Shown here: positions 61,901-64,000 of the stretch, piece by piece
Position numbering within the stretch: position 1 is the stretch's first letter
Layout of the letters: every line of letters begins with the position of its first letter
DNA from: Anthoceros angustus
Taxonomy: Eukaryota; Plantae; Anthocerotophyta
Reading direction: 5' to 3'
DNA length: 64,000 bases
Assembly: GCA_010909165.1 (NCBI GenBank)
Contig: MU008201.1
Span: 1-64,000 of the forward strand
Translations under genes and position numbers: made by a program
The notes under the pieces: generated by a model
What the model was told of the DNA's origin: nothing
Seen by the model: only the letters and a program-made list of their open reading frames with translations
Databases searched by the model: none

Positions 61901-62644
61901 ACCTTGCAGTTGGTGGCTGCGAACTTGCTCCTCCCGTGATTGCCCGTTCTCCCTTCCGCCGTGCCTCGGCCTCTAAGCGTGGGGACCTCATTGCACTGAG
62001 CTGGGCACCCTCCTCCCCTTCCCCGTGAACACTCCAAATGTCGATGGTCGATAGCAGCGGCGACGCCTCGAAGAGCTCCCGCGTGAAGATGAAGCCTGCC
62101 ACACCTTCACGCCCGAGCCGGTACTTTCAGTTCCCAAGTTCAGCTGTACATGACATGTTCACGTTCCAAGTTTGACTTAACTTCAAACTGTATAAATATT
62201 GGATAATCGAAACTTGGGGTATATGCAGCACATATTGCACATTTGCATATGTCACAAAATGTGGTATACCTAACCGTGCTAAGACCCGATTGCATCTAAA
62301 GTATGCGCAGCATCGTCTGCAGTCCGACGGTCAGGATAATCGCCAAAAGGTTATCAGGCAGTTTCATTTTCATCCTGAAAGTGTTCACGGTTTATATCAG
62401 TGTTAGGGCATCAAACATTATGGGGTTTGCAGTCAAGTGATGCAGTTTCGTGGATTCCATGAATCCACGGTTGCACATCTCTAACAAGACCCTCACATTG
62501 AGCAGGCGCGGGCTGCCATGAACATTGGTACCCGGGTGGCAGTAATGGATCCAGCTCTGCAAGATACGTCAAGGAGGAGACAGTGTGGAGAGGCGCGGAT
62601 GTCGCCATATGCATGACGTGCGTGGCCAGCTCCACCCCTGCAGG

Positions 62645-62781
62645 CTGCCAAGACCACAATAAGCAAGGTGGTGGCGGAGCTTGCCCAGACCCTGAAGATG
62701 GAGTTCGGCATCGGAACCAACCTGTCTGTGACAAGCGTTGCGAAGGTGGAGGACGAGAAAGCGGTTGATGCAAACAACTGA
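62645..62781 (+). other. Possible orphan terminal exon
   Basis: CCCCTGCAG acceptor followed by AAKTTISKVVAELAQTLKMEFGIGTNLSVTSVAKVEDEKAVDANN*. Family not recognised. Confidence 0.3.
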
Positions 62782-63179
62782 TCTCCAAGAAGAAAGTTAT
62801 ATACAGTCCACCCCCCTATTTGGGACTGGTTCGGAGTGCCTTTAGTGATCCCATTAAGGGAGGTGTCCTGATTGGATTTTTTTCATATTTAAAAAATAAT
62901 AAATATTATAAATTTAAAAAGAAAAATACTCAAAAAAAGAAAATTCAAATTTTGATTGATAGGTTTTTTCAAAAAATAACTTTTACCACTTCTCTACATA
63001 GTTGCTTGAAAGCTAGCACTCTCTCTAAGTAGCATTAAAAAACCTCTACCTGTTTTGTTAGGAGTCTTCAATCACACCTAAAAGTCTATTGTGCTATGAA
63101 ATAATATACAATACTCCTTTGCACCCGCGATACTTTGAGATGATGACTAATCACGTGTTTCTCAAAGACATTAAGCAAT

Positions 63180-63720
63180 GCCAAAGAGTCTATAGTGTCG
63201 TGTGGCATCTGTATCAGGTAAGTTCTTGCTGCATCCAAACCTTTGATAGCATCTTCCATAGTTTGTCATGGTAGGGGTGGCATTGTCGCTACTTCCTCTT
63301 CAATATTTTCGGCAAGCTCCTCTTCAACAGCTTGAGGGAATAGTGAATTTCATATTTTATCTTCTGTGGGAACAAATGTTATCTCCACATTTTCATCCTG
63401 CTCAAAGTTGACATACTCTTCAGCAGTCATGGTTGGATATCCAACATCTGTTGATGCCATGTCCTCAAAAGTTAACAATGCCAACCTACCCAATGCTTGT
63501 TGCATATCCAACATCTGTTGATACCATGTCCTCAAAAGTTAATAATGCCAACCTACCCAATGCTTGTTGCAGATCCAATATTTGGGTATCCAATGAATCG
63601 ATATGAAATGAAGGATCCCATTCAGGATGGATCATATGCTGGCATTGCATTCAAGTCTAAACCCTCACGCAACCGAGCATCTTCTGCCCGCACTGCTGCA
63701 TCTAGGGTACTCTTAATTTT
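63180..63720 (-). mobile_element. pogo/Tigger-like transposase C-terminal remnant
   Basis: MTAEEYVNFEQDENVEITFVPTEDKI, an acidic stretch, then EDAIKGLDAARTYL. A ~45-bp internal duplication (CAAGCATTGGGTAGGTTGGCATT) is present. Confidence 0.45.
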
Positions 63721-64000
63721 TTTTAGTAAAACAATAAAAAATCGCATTTAGGGAGGTGAAACTAACATGAATGTATGTTTTAAAAGGTCCCAAATACCAT
63801 TTAGGGAAAAGTCCCATTTTTTATATTGTAAACTAAAAGGAGTAGGATCGGAGGGCCTATTTAGAGAGGAATCCCATTTATAGAGTTCCCAATTAAGGGG
63901 GCCGACTGTAGATCTAAGATGCTTGTAGATATATTCAGAGGATGCATTAAGTATAAATGGAGTTAGGTGCTAAAGATTTTATGCATGTGAATAGATATTA

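Larger units (their letters stand above)
57480..62102 (-). pseudogene. Second, convergent, degenerate gene inside the transposon (function unknown)
   Basis: Minus-strand fragments: MAGFIFTRELFEASPLLS; a 244-aa frame (60615-61349) with WREIDVLIFGMYELRP..IPRLMALGIALEKLVGLDVNWKTF; a VEKA repeat; and ELEPGDNYMVRAEPGNIENVNFYLLRC. Confidence 0.5.
52701..62287. mobile_element. ~9.6-kb degenerate DNA transposon, Sola2-like, with 35-bp TIRs and a 4-bp GATT target-site duplication
   Basis: The left end GGGTCCAAGCACGGTTAGGTAGACCACATTATGTG (52701-52735) matches the reverse complement of 62253-62287 at 31/35 positions. GATT flanks both ends. Subterminal GAATTTCAAA repeats lie at 52.9-53.2 kb. Confidence 0.75.

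Overview
Eukaryotic, gene-dense land-plant DNA with short GT-AG introns (~90-160 bp), PLS-type PPR genes and GC-rich exons. It looks most like a compact non-seed-plant genome (hornwort- or lycophyte-like); this is an inference, not an identification. Many conserved genes carry single-base indels in homopolymers, which look like long-read consensus errors, so exon structures were rebuilt by hand. Recognisable genes, left to right: root-cap family protein, short SYP5-type SNARE, plastid PDZ protein, decayed INO80, two duplicated phytocyanin/ENODL genes, a PPR fragment, YAE1 head-to-head with an intronless pseudouridine-5'-phosphate glycosidase, a fungal-type Gfo/Idh/MocA oxidoreductase, a multi-exon bacterial-type class A beta-lactamase-like serine hydrolase (SxxK, SDN and KxG motifs intact), DUF4228 protein, a conserved plastid protein, glutathionyl-hydroquinone reductase, FAM192A-like, TRAPPC12, PLS-E+ PPR, proteasome alpha-5, SUVR5 and a secreted Lys/Glu-repeat protein. 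Mobile DNA: a gag-only LTR element, LINE/SINE tails, a ~9.6-kb Sola2-like DNA transposon (35-bp TIRs, GATT TSD) with a second convergent gene, and a pogo-like remnant. The strongest leads are the two tail-to-tail foreign-looking enzyme genes at 19.6-24.1 kb, the two-gene transposon and the secreted K/E-repeat protein.
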